Positions 12,928 through 25,544 of a DNA stretch of 64,000 bases are shown piece after piece. This DNA comes from Octopus vulgaris. Lineage: Eukaryota. Below the pieces are notes generated by a model. That model ran no database searches. It was not told the origin of the DNA and saw only the letters and a list, made by a program, of their open reading frames with translations. A program made the translations under genes and the position numbers. The stretch is taken from positions 145,824,001 through 145,888,000 of the forward strand of contig OX597816.1 in NCBI GenBank assembly GCA_951406725.2. Reading direction: 5' to 3'. Positions within the stretch are counted from its first letter, which is position 1. Each line of letters starts with the position of its first letter.

Positions 12928-13430
12928 TGGTAAAAGATTCCTGTCACTCTTAGACAAACATTTCCAGCAACTTACAGATACAGGAAGATATTCAATCGGC
13001 GTTCTGTCCCAATATGAAGAGTATCATTACACGCGGTCCATAGCAAGAGCTTGAATCCAGTTGCAACTGTCATGACACAGGATCTTGTCAACGTGACCAA
13101 TGATGTATTACTAAATCAAACATATATGAGGCAGACGTTTGTGCAACACTAAATAATAATACAATTGATACGATTTATATTGCCTTATGTGAAAGCGAAT
13201 TTAAAAATCTCTATGCTAATCCCATAGCCTCCTTCAGACATAGGGACAAAAGTGAAGCTACTAAGTTGGTTAGCTACGTATGGACCTTGAAAGATAAGGA
13301 AACACCGGATGTTATTAATGGGAAAGTAATGGAGAAATCCATACCTTATGTGAATGGATCGAATAAATGTAGAATTTGTTTGGCTGAAAGAGCGTAGGTC
13401 CTGCAGAGATCTAAGATCCTTAATTTTCTA
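12927..13430 (+). mobile_element. Inverted copy of the same PLE's GIY-YIG region
   Basis: Diverged reverse complement of about 11445-11945 (IGKRFLSLLDKHF; IYIALCESEFKN; SYVWTLKDK). Confidence 0.85.
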
Positions 13431-14682
13431 TTGAAATCTGCTAAAAAAAATAACGCAACTTCGAGAAGCAGTCTGGCTTCCACTAGAGAAAGTGATATTT
13501 CATAATTATAAGAAGATAGTACATTGTTATTTTTGTTTTACTCCCAAAGTTCACCTAACATTAGCTTGGTGAATTCAACTTTTGCAAATAAATTATTTTA
13601 TGCCACAATAACTTTCCCAGAAAATGACAAGGATAAGAAGCAGTTCTTAGGATGTACTTTATAAATACTTCAGCAACATGTCGATTGTCGCATAAATGTT
13701 CACTGGTTATCTGTAATTCGGCTTGTGAATAAGAGCTAATTTCTCTCAGTCATGCATCAGCAGTTTAATAGTCCACTGTTCCGGTCACCGTGACATTGAA
13801 TGCATCCAACAGAACATTTCAATATTGTAAGTAGTTTTAACTGGAACAAAACTGCTGACGGCTTTCAAAACCACTAGTTAAGTTCACAATATTAATTGTT
13901 ATATTAGATATAAAATGTTCCAGTTCACTTATATTAGTAATTACTCGACTCAGTGATACATGCATACAGGTTGTGAACACAAGAGTATTCAGGATAGAAT
14001 CTGATATATTTGATTAGACATCTTGATATTTATAATGTAATTTAAAACATATGAAAAAGACTCAGATGATATTTTCCAAATCATATTCAACCACGTTTAA
14101 TAGTTAGATGCTCTAGACGAAGCGAGATCTCACTACATTAACCCTGATAGGACACGCCGATTTCTTTGATTCTTTTGTCAGTAAATTATTCAACAGAAGT
14201 GCGAACATTTCTTAAAGAATTACACGTACTGAATGGTATGAAATATATCATCGGATATTTTAGAACATGCTTCAAATCTAAAGAATTACTTATTTTCGCC
14301 TTATAGGAAAGAATACGAGAAACATTACGGGAATAGTTATACAGAAAACATTGTTACTATATACAACATATGCTCTTTTAAAATCAACATTCTTCCGACT
14401 TTTGCCTCCTAATGATACATATATATTTTCAAGATAATTCTATTCTCCTTCACCAAACGAGCTATACATTGAGAAAATCATAGCCATGTTTGCCCTATAA
14501 TTTTTACCTAGTCATTTTTCATCTTAAATCTAATATTTTGCACTACGTACAAGATTTCCAATAATTCAAATGCTTCCCAACGGGAAAAGTATCATTTGAT
14601 CTTAAGAGCAATTTAAATCATAGTTTCCAATACGTACACGTATATATGTATGAGTGTGTGTGCGTACAATGAAAGAGAGAAG

Positions 14683-14730
<48 letters not shown>

Positions 14731-15729
14731 AATGAGGAATGAGAGATTGCTTAATAACCATAAAATCACCGCAAAATAAAGGGGAAAATCCATATTTTTC
14801 TTGATCTTCAATATTCTATGCACACAATCGTTAATAACATGGTCAAGTATTATAGTTTGTTATTTTATGAAATAATACGCTTTGATAGAAGGTGGTATAT
14901 TTATGGATTACCCTAAATCAATATTATATGAAATGAGAGAGAATCGAGTGATAATTGGAGTTTCATATCAGCATGACATTAGCAATGTTATGCACAATAA
15001 TGTCGCTAAATTCAGAGAACTCCAAAAGTACTAGTCATGGTTCTGGTGCTTCTCTACAGTTTTGAGGAAGTTGCAGCCATAATCATTCATCACTGTTTGA
15101 ATCTGTCTAACGCTACACATGCAAGAAACATAGATAAATTGTAATGTACTACAATGCTCCATTCATTCGTGAAAATGTATTTCCTCAAACTTAGTTAACG
15201 ATAATGCATAATGGAGCTGAAATCGTTATTGCTTGCTTTAACAAAATTCATACTGAAGCCCTGTGTATAACGATCATATGAAGCCCGATATATAACGACC
15301 AGCAGTGACAATTATAATAGTATGCTCTGTACTATATTTCCTGACTGAATCATTGCTATAACTTCATATTTGAAATTTATAATGCGGGAGAATATTCCTC
15401 AGTCTGAAAAATAGGTCGTGTGGTATAATGGAACGAAAACTAACGATAGATTTGTCTTTTAACAGAGCGTCATTCAATTTAAATGTGTCTACATAGACAA
15501 TCATTTTTTCGCAATTGAATAATTGAGTTACTGTACAGACAAGTGTAATGTGTTTTACCTATACGCATCTCTGTTGATTTTTGTGTCCACATAAGAAGTA
15601 CAACGTGTCACCGATGCTAGTGGTGTATAGAAAAGTACATATACTAGATGATAAATCTCTTGTTGCAATTATCTCGCATATAGTTCATCGCTGCTGGTTA
15701 GCAAATGTAGTGCCGTCGGAGGCGGTCTA

Positions 15730-15878
<149 letters not shown>

Positions 15879-16344
15879 CCACATACATATGTATATATTA
15901 GTTTTAGGCTGTTATGTGAAACAGTGAACGGTCAATGTGCTTAAGTGTCGTGTGGAAACCATACTGGAAATTCATAGGTTCATTTGAATATTTTACTGGT
16001 TCACGACTTCTCAGTTTTCTAAACATCGTTTACGTGACGAATCTTAATGTTGGTGTAAGAGGTGCACATATTTCTGCTTGGTTCGAATATTGTTTTTTTT
16101 TTTATCCACTAATCTGTTTGTGATGAGTATTCGAGAATTGTTTTCTCATTATCTTTTTTGTGATAAGTATCCATACACCTGCTCGAGAATACATTATGCA
16201 TTATTAACCTATTTAAATATGCATTTATCTCGAAATAAAATATTAAAGCATACATAAAAAATGCTTATAGAACAACGGTGTCAAAGATAATATTTGAGTA
16301 GAAAATCTAGTAAGAGATAAGAGAGAAATTAAGACGACTGAAAT

Positions 16345-16743
16345 TAAGAGAATATTTTAACAAGTACACAACCTACAAACAAATTACTATAACTGGTCGG
16401 GCTATTATAAGTTCCTACATTTGGTGCGTATTATAAAACTGCTTTGTGGTATGGATTCCGTTGCTCAGAAAAAGAAATGCTTTGAATACAGTTTGAAATT
16501 TGGTATTATTCTGCAAACGGAGGATAGCTTTCAATACAGTTACTTTAACGAGATCATCGTACTCTGTTTAAATTCAGATCTTTCGTGATAAGTAGCTTCC
16601 TTACCTGCCACATGGTTCCGGGTTCATTCTCAATGCGCGGTACCTTGGGCAAGTGTCTTCTACTATAACCTAGGGCCGACCAAAGTCTTGTGAGTGGATT
16701 TGGTAGAAGGAAACTGAAGGAAGCCCGTCATATATATGTATAC

Positions 16744-16792
<49 letters not shown>

Positions 16793-18214
16793 TGTTTATG
16801 TTTGTGTGTCTGTGTTTGTCCCCTCACCATCGCTTGGCAACCGATGGTGGTGTGTTTACGTCCCCATAACCTAGTGGTTCGGCAAAAGAGACCGATAGAA
16901 TAAGTACTAGGCTTACAAAGAATAAGTCCTGGGGTCGATTTGCTCGACTAAAGGCGGTGCTCCAGCATGGCCGCAGTCAAATGACTGAAACAAGTAAAAG
17001 AGTAAAGAAGTAATGAGTATCTAGAAATTTTCCTGATGATGCAAAACAGCTGGCAACTTTTTACTTAAGCAATTTTAAAGAAAGTGGCGTTGGTACATAT
17101 TCGAAGACAGTTGATGAGGGATTTATAAGAACGGATGTCACAGATTATATTTCAGAATGAGATGGTGCCTTAAATCCGGAACAAGACGAAGAGGTTCTCA
17201 TTGAGAATAATGAATAGTAACTATTGAATAGTATCTTAACATTTCGACGGTTGCTCATATGAATAGTGGTTATGATATTCTAATTCTTTATCTCTCATCA
17301 GTTATTATTCAGGGAGTAGTCGAAATATATAGGCTTTTGCCTGTTCCCTATTATTTCACAGAAGATGAAGATCACTGGACAATTGAGACGGAAACACTAG
17401 TGAAATCTGTGGAAGGATCTGACTGAAAGACACATTGTATAGTTGTGAGAATGCTGGATACCCAACTGGTAATCTTATTAGCAAAAAGAACTCGAGATAT
17501 ATTTCTGTGTGGCCAAAAATTATGACATTCTGCTTGTAGCGTTAAAAAATTTACAAATAAATGTTTACAGAAAAAAATAAATTCAAAATTTTATCATCCA
17601 GAAAAGCAATCATGCAATTCTATGAAGTTTACAAATCCGTGCAATTAATGTCATTATTTTCGTCAGCTAGAAGTCCACAGGTGACAAAGGTATGCAAATA
17701 AGTTGCATTGATGGCTTAAGAATGGATAAAGTGACCTTAGAATTCGAAAACTGTACCTTTAATTGACCGGCCAGTGTTAATCAAGTCTACTTAAGAGGTT
17801 TTCTAGCACCAAAATATGTGAGAATGTACCCGTTACTGAAAAGATTGGAAAATAAAAGATACAACTTCATAGAACTACTCGGAAATTTAGCTGAAATTAC
17901 TGTTGAATTTTTTAAAATTACAACCTTATATGAGTTGCAGGCAGGTATTTGCTGGGCATTGCGCTTCTCCTAAATTAATGTTTCCAATTCGATGGAATAC
18001 AGGTCGAAATGAGCCTTTATATCTTGATGAAAATTATTGATGTGAAGTATATACAGCTATAGGTATTTATGCTGTTCCTGGTAAAGTTTTTGGTGAAAAT
18101 CCCAATCGTAGGCATTACAAATTTACATTTCCACTCGATCAAATATTACTTCATGAGCAACTGAAGAAAATAAGACAATTTCCTCAAACATTTATGCACT
18201 CATTCATTGCCTAA
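16345..18214 (+). pseudogene. GPT: Intronless, divergent alanine aminotransferase (class I PLP aminotransferase) pseudogene, interrupted by a SINE
   Basis: Colinear ALT-like blocks across stops and frameshifts: YFNEIIVLCLNSDL [SINE] RNFPDDAKQLA..GVGTYSKTVDEGFIRTDVTDYISE*DG; VPYYFTEDEDHWTIE; ENAGYPTGNL; LQINVY; QLMSLFSSARS/TGDKG; IGIYAVPGKVFGENPNRRHYKFT..FMHSFIA* (TAA 18212-18214). These parallel vertebrate ALT NFPDDAK, GAYS, YYLDE, NPGNPTG, QDNVY, SFHSTSKG, GICVVPGSGFGQ. The 5' boundary is approximate. Confidence 0.85.
16585..17005 (+). mobile_element. CORE-type octopus SINE (OK/OR-like), slightly 5'-truncated, with internal (TA)/(TG) array
   Basis: tRNA B-box ggttcattctc, CORE-like accttgggcaagtgtc, 3' end gaaacaagtaaaagagtaaa. 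Matches 31391-31797. Confidence 0.9.
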
Positions 18215-18328
18215 ATGTAACGTATGTTATTCATTTATTTCATCAAAAACAAACATTGATAAATCGTTTATACTTATATACGTACATGCATGTATATTTT
18301 ATGCAGCAAGGTATACGTACACGCGTGC

Positions 18329-18378
<50 letters not shown>

Positions 18379-18523
18379 ACACACTCACTCACACACACAC
18401 ACACAAAACACACACATATATAAATAAATATATACATGTACATATACCTATACATGCACATACGGCACCTACATAGATGTACACACACGCACGCACACTC
18501 ACATTGATTACTTCCAATAAAAG

Positions 18524-20507
18524 TATTGTAATGTGGCTTCCTCGCACTGGTGTGACGTGTGACTGTCGTTGTACTGTAGTTGCTATCTTACGCTAGTAGC
18601 CACAATAGATATTAGTCATCGGATACCGTTGTAACTCTTCGAACCGTAATATTCTTTTCTACTCTAGGCCGAAGGTCCGAATTTTTGGGGGAGGGGGCCA
18701 GTCGTTTAGATCAACCCAGTACGCAACTAGTACTTAATTCCGAATTGACGAAATGAATTGTCGACCTCAGCGGAATTTGACTCAAAACATAAAGACAGAC
18801 GAAATGCCGCAAAGCATTTCGCCCAGCGTGCTAAAACTTCTGCCAGCTAGCTGCTTTCTTCTTACCGTAATATAAATACACTAACTTCTGTCTTACTATC
18901 GCTGAAAGCGCCACAAGTCACGATTACACCTAAGGAATCCCAACTTTTCGACTCTCGACCCTTCCTTAATGACGGAGATATTGGTCTATTTATAATGGTT
19001 GCCTCTTACCCCTTTTTACCGGGAGGGGTATACAGTTTAACTATACATCTCCCCTTTTAATCATTTTATTTAACAATCAATTCTTTCTCTTCCCCACATT
19101 TTATTTTTATATACTCAATATCTTCCTAGGGTCTACTTTTAGGATACAGTGTTCTTTCTTTTCTTTGTACGTGTTGTTTTGACTTCTTGTAACTGTGTTG
19201 GACCATGAAAAGTGTCATATAGCCAATCCATCGATATTTCTATACTTATTGGTTCCTTGTCTATGACTTTTTCCATTTCTGTTTCTTATACCATACCTCA
19301 TTTCATTCATCCTATGTATGTTTCTCCTTCCCAGTATTGCTTGCCATGTTTGTACATGCTTACATAAACCTTTTCAGCGATTCTAAAGAATATTGGCATG
19401 TCTTTTCGAGCACGTATTTTTTTCTTCACTGGTAACATTTTATCGAATACTGGATTCACCTTTCCAGTGAACATCCATCTGGCGCATCTTTGATTTCCTT
19501 GTGCAAAAATCAAACACATGAAAGAATCTGGAGTAAGCACATCCAATCTAAATCTCTTACATTTCTTGTTGACTCTGCCTGTCTGAGTAGCGAAGTCTTC
19601 ATCTTCGCTCCTTTCTATGTTGAAACATTTCCATCCATCTCGTATCAAACAGGGAGCTCTTTTGACATTTTGTGCAACATTTCAACTGTGTCAGTGAAAT
19701 TTGTGTCGGACGCTTTATTTATTTATTTGTTGGTAATATGAAGTTATTATACTTCTCATACTCTATTGTCGCCAGTTTTCTTAAAACTAGACGCGTTTTC
19801 GTTTCATCCGTCCAATCCTGACATTCTTTTTCGAAAATGTGTTCAACTCTTCGAAAATAAGCCTCGATGGTTACTCCTTCTTGAAGGTCATCTTTGAATT
19901 CGCTTATGAAATTTGCTAAATGGCCAGGCGAAAATGTTTTCTCCGGTTTGTTTATCAAGTGCATTAGTTGTAACACTTGCTGCTGCAACCCTTGTTGTTC
20001 TTGTTGTTCCTTGAGTTGTAGTTGTTGCTGTTCTTATAAATGAACTACCTCAGCTAACAAGTTTTCCATATTTCAGGATCTTCGTAAGTGTGCACAAAAA
20101 GAATTTTGTTTCTGTTTTTCGAGTTATTTAATTTTCCACGTGCATTAGTTTAAACTCTACGTGTGAATGCTTATTTTCCACTCCGCGTAAATTCTTTTTT
20201 CCTCATCGCCACTGTTGTAAACTGGGCTTCTCCCACTGGTGTGATGTGTGACTGCCGTTGTACTGTAGTACCTGTTTTACGCTAGTTGTTGCTAGTCATC
20301 GGATACCATCGTATCTCTTCATACCAGAAAAGTAATACAGTAACTCCTGTCTTACTATCGCTGATAGTTCCAGTAGGCACCGACTAGAACTGTCGACTCT
20401 CAACTCTTCGCCTCTCGACCCTGTCTTGATAACCAGCTATTGGTCTATTTATAATGGCTGTCTGCTACCACTTTTTTACTAGGAGGGATATACAGATCCA
20501 CTATACG
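18524..20507 (-). mobile_element. Internally deleted Gypsy (Mag/K02A2.6-like) LTR retrotransposon with both LTRs
   Basis: 5' LTR 20213-20507 and 3' LTR 18524-19047 are homologous. PBS TGGCGATGAGG at 20201-20211 (minus, tRNA-Ser-like). PPT AAAAGGGGAGA at 19048-19058. Gag remnant EAYFRRVEHIF...RLVLRKLATIEYEKYNNFILP joins directly to post-integrase-like sequence. Confidence 0.85.
18653..18860 (-). mobile_element. Meta-domain SINE inserted in the 3' LTR
   Basis: gtcgacctcagcggaatttgactc core. Flanking duplication accgtaatat at 18643-18652 and 18864-18873. Absent from the 5' LTR. Confidence 0.85.
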
Positions 20508-21341
20508 AAAAAAGGGTTTACATAAAGAGTCAAGTAATTCAGAAAAAAGTCTGAAAAATTCAAACAAGAATGTGAGATCTTGTTTTTCGTACCTCATCCA
20601 AAACTTTGTTTCACAGATATTTAAGAACCTAGTCTAGAAACTGTCTGTACTGTTCACATAAAACTGTCAGTATTAGGGATAAAATATTCATTTGACTTCG
20701 GGAGTAATTATAACATTTACATCCTTATATCATGCATCATATATTTATTTGTTCATCTGCAACGAATAATTTAATGAAGTTTTGCTTCCATATATTTAAA
20801 CAAAATTCTTCATCTGAAAAAAAAAATTCTTATTATGTAAATGAGTTTCGAAAATCAACATTTGTTTTTATCAATTTTTTTAATGTATATTTGCTGAGAT
20901 CATTAGACAATTTCAAACTCTGTGTTGTCTTTCTGCTATAGAAATACCTTTGGCAGAGATGCAACGTAGATTTAGGATTTAATTACGTAATTTAAATAGA
21001 CAGGGAATAAGTTGAATCTGATAAATGGGAACAAAAGTATGTTGACAAATGCTCTACGAAAATGAAATTATGTGTGTGTGTTTGTGTATGAATGCATGCG
21101 CGTGTGTGTGTGTGTAAAGAGAGAGAGAGAGAGAGAGAGGGGGAGATATCATTGAATATATTCTCTATTGAAATAATCCGTTATCTTCTGAAATACTCAT
21201 TAATGATGTGAGGAGAACTTGATGTCGGATAGTGAGGTATTTAATTAAAAAAATTTAACCAAATATTTGCGAAAAACAGACACACACATATGCACAAGGA
21301 CACAGAGACAAATATATATGCGTGTGTGTGTGTGCGCGTGC

Positions 21342-21373
<32 letters not shown>

Positions 21374-21700
21374 GTATATTATATTATATCATATTATCTT
21401 TTCAACAGTTATTCAATATAATCTGTTATTCAAGAAAACTCTAAAGTGCTTCAGCATTTGTTTGAAATAATGAAATATGTTCTAATAAACAAACACTATC
21501 TGATTTTGAATAATAGAATTGGTAATAAACAAAAAGCCAACCACAGAAAGGAATCCGAATAACAGAGAACCACCATGGTAGTTCGCTGATATTTCTGGAT
21601 AATAAAAATCATATACTCGCATAATATATAAGAATACGCTGTAATAGGGAATTTGCGATTCACTTCTGAGTTATCACAATGCAACATTCGTGTATGTATG

Positions 21701-22061
<361 letters not shown>

Positions 22062-22071
22062 TGTACATATA

Positions 22072-22893
22072 TATATTGGGTCATTCCATAATTAAAGCGG
22101 TTATTTTATACTTTTATTTTTCAAAATTAAGATAAACAAATGCCTGTAATATTACAGGTATTTCCCCCCACATACACACTAACTAAACATAGACGCACAT
22201 AGAGATATACGCATGCGCAAATGAAGACACATACAATAGAAGAACAAAATGGCTGACGGTTAGTAAGGAGAGACACACAAATAAGAAAGAAGAAAGCAAA
22301 GGACCACTGATGCACTCACAGGAGTGTGACGAAAGAACTCTGGCTGAAATAAGATTAAGGTTAATGTAAAGTAATTAAGATTAATGAAGCAAAGTAATAC
22401 CAAATAGATAGTGCGTGTGTTTTTATTGGCTAAACTGGCAAAATGACCATTCCTAAATAAAATATTCGTCTTCAATTTCTATAATACTCTTCCAACTATT
22501 TCGTGAAATTGCAAGACCCCTCTTTCAAAGTTCACTTCTCCGTGACGAAAAATACTCCCTCCATTACACCTCTGACCTCATCTACAGAATTCATATTTTC
22601 CTCGACCAAACAATGTTGAAAACTGCGGAATAAATAATAATCAGATGGGGCAATGTCCGGCGCATATGATGGGTAGGAACTGTTTCCCATTTAGACTGCT
22701 CCAGCCCTTGGAATGTCTTCCTCGCTGTATGTGACCGAGCATTATACTGATGGAAGAGCACCATTCGTCTTGAAATCAAAGACGATAATTTTTCTTCTTG
22801 CACTGATTTAAGCCGCTCAAACTGCTCGCAGTAGATCCTCGTTCTTATAGTTTTGTTTAGGTTTAAAACTTCAAAGTGAACCAAACCTTTCAA
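22072..22893 (-). mobile_element. Mariner transposon 3' remnant (transposase C-terminus plus one TIR)
   Basis: GLVHFEVLN..YCEQFERL..VLFHQYNARSHTA, then after a frameshift PYAPDIAPSDYYLFRS (YSPDLAP motif). TIR-like tattgggtcattccataattaaagcgg abuts TA repeats. Confidence 0.85.
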
Positions 22894-23680
22894 TGAAAAG
22901 ATTTTAATGTAAAAAAAGTAAATTTTGAAATTTGTCTTATGAGTGTAAATTTCAAGAAATAGAAGCTTCTAGGCCAACAGAAGGATTTAAAGTTAAGATG
23001 TAATGAATAATATATCGCTACAATTTCACATCTGGACTTAAAGTTTCCAAGTTTAAAATACCTTTTGTTGGATTAACAACTGCAATATTTTTATTCCACA
23101 AACTTGTCACAACCTAAATTTATTGGAGAAATATTGTGTAAATAAGCATTTATATGTATAAATGTGTGCGTTAATGCCTATATACAAGAGTGTCTACGTG
23201 TGTGTGCGTATGTGTTGGTGTGTGCACGCGGTGGAAAGTTTTTGAAATAGCTTAGCTGAGTGGGGTGTGCACCTGTGACTATAGAAGAAAATTGTACATC
23301 TAAAATATATATTTCTACAATCGACAAAACATTGTTTTACGCTTGTTTCATATGTTAGGTATACGCGTTGTGGTATATAACATAAAAAACAAAAATTATA
23401 TGAATCTGTCTACCAATGAGATTTGTTGGATTTCTCGGTATTAATAGATTGTTCTTGAATAAGAAAGTAGAGTTTTAATAAAATTTTAATGGAAAGATGA
23501 ACTCACTATAACGTAATCTGTTTAAATGGATAACGGTATTATAATAATAGTTATCGCCATACTAATATGGCATTCTTATAAAAATAAGAAAAAAGCTGTC
23601 CGCTTATTAGCTCCATGAGGCCATCGCTTTAAGTTAGCTATTTGATACACAAACTGTATCCATATAACCTTCGAACAAGG

Positions 23681-23731
<51 letters not shown>

Positions 23732-23741
23732 GTACATATAT

Positions 23742-24165
23742 ATATTGGGTCGTTCCATAATTAAAGCGGTTATTTTATACTTTTATTTTTCAAAATTAAG
23801 ATAAACAAATGCCTGTAATATTACAGGTATTTCCCCACATACACACTAACTAAACATAGACGCACATAGAGATATACGAAGTTAACATGACTTCTATTTC
23901 TCATATGAAGACACATACAATAGAAGAACAAAATGGCTGACGGTTAGTAAGGAGAGACACACAAATAAGAAAGAAGAAAGCAAATGCTCATACTGAAATT
24001 GTTCCTCACCTCACACACACTGACGTGCGCACTCACGTACAAATGGATATATAATGTAAAGTAATTAAGATTAATGAAGCAAAGTAATACCAAATATATA
24101 GTGCGTGTGTTTTTATTGGCTAAACTGGCAAAATGGCCATTCCTAAATACAATATTCTTCTGCAT
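23742..24165 (-). mobile_element. Second copy of the same mariner end (TIR plus subterminal region, no transposase)
   Basis: Near-identical to 22072-22470 apart from block differences. Confidence 0.85.
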
Positions 24166-25023
24166 ACATAGAAAAACAAGGAGTGAAACTGATAGTATAT
24201 AATAAATATTATGATTTAGATTCACTCCTTATTGAATTATTCGTTAAGCTCTGAGAAAAATAGGTACTTTACTCCTTCTCTAGGTCACAGATTTACAGAA
24301 ATCAATTGTATAAAGATTCCTGGCATTCTTATTCAGATAAATGTTTATTTCCTCATGAGGTTCATTCTAAAAGAACAAGAAAGTGAAATGTACCTCTACT
24401 ACACGAAGGCAATTTGAATCTTAAGAATCAAGTTAACAATGTATCACTGACTGTTGGGAGATGTTTCTGTCTGTGGTATAAAATACTAAATCAGTTTAAA
24501 GCAATGTACAGCAAATATCAACCATGACAGCTAATGGGATTTTGTTAATCATTGAAGTAGTTATTAAATGTTATACGCAATACTATTGAATCTGATTGGG
24601 AATGAAGCAGCTATCACTAGTGTAAGATAATGAATCTTATTAACTTAATAAAAGTAATCAGTTATAACTCAATTATTTTGGAAAGAGTGATATTAATTTT
24701 AACTGTTCCGAATAGTATGGCTTCATCTGCAACAAAACTGCAAATTCTATAGGCAATAGCACACAAGAGGGAGACTCTCGCGTTGTTTAGTTACGTGGAG
24801 GTTTGCATATAATCGTGTTCAAAATTTGCAGTTGTATAATTTGAGTGTAAGTGTTCTGCAGAGGATAAGTAACTGGTCATTAGGTAGAATAGTGTTAATT
24901 GCATACAACTTTGTAATAAATTGTGGCTGCATGCGTATGATATGAGTGATTATAATGTACCATACACTATGATGGAACATTGTTTATGTTGTATTTTTAT
25001 AGTGACTGTTTCTTTTATACATA

Positions 25024-25162
25024 CAGGAGTGGCTTTGTGGCAACATGGTTGCCACATGGTTCCGAGTTCAAAGACACTGCATAGCATCTTGGGCAAGTGT
25101 CTTCTACTATAGCCAAAGTCTTGTGAGTGGATTCGGTAAACGGAAATTGAAAAAAGCTCGTC

Positions 25163-25165
<3 letters not shown>
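25024..25165 (+). mobile_element. CORE-type SINE, 5' half
   Basis: caggagtggct...cttgggcaagtgtcttctactatagcc...gtgagtggatt. Confidence 0.85.
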
Positions 25166-25201
<36 letters not shown>

Positions 25202-25224
25202 GCATATATATATATGTATGTATG

Positions 25225-25302
<78 letters not shown>

Positions 25303-25544
25303 AATATATGGATATATATGTGCGTATGTGTGTATAAATGTAGAAGGTTGAATAGAACACACGAGTTGATATATATGGAAAAAAGTCAAGGTAGCAGATG
25401 CTAAAATAATTTTATAAAAAATACATTTCAGCTGTAAGCATGGAAAACAATAAAATTTGGGATAAATTAAAAGGAAAGTTGTTTAAAAGAACATTTGCAT
25501 AGTATTCAAATACAAGGGACATTTTCTTTGTTTCTGCCTGTCTC

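Noticed and set aside
11400-13430. In-frame TGA codons in PLEs as possible selenocysteine, as in some Naiads
   Set aside because: TAA and TAG stops and frameshifts are also present, the nuclease is C-terminal, and I see no SECIS.
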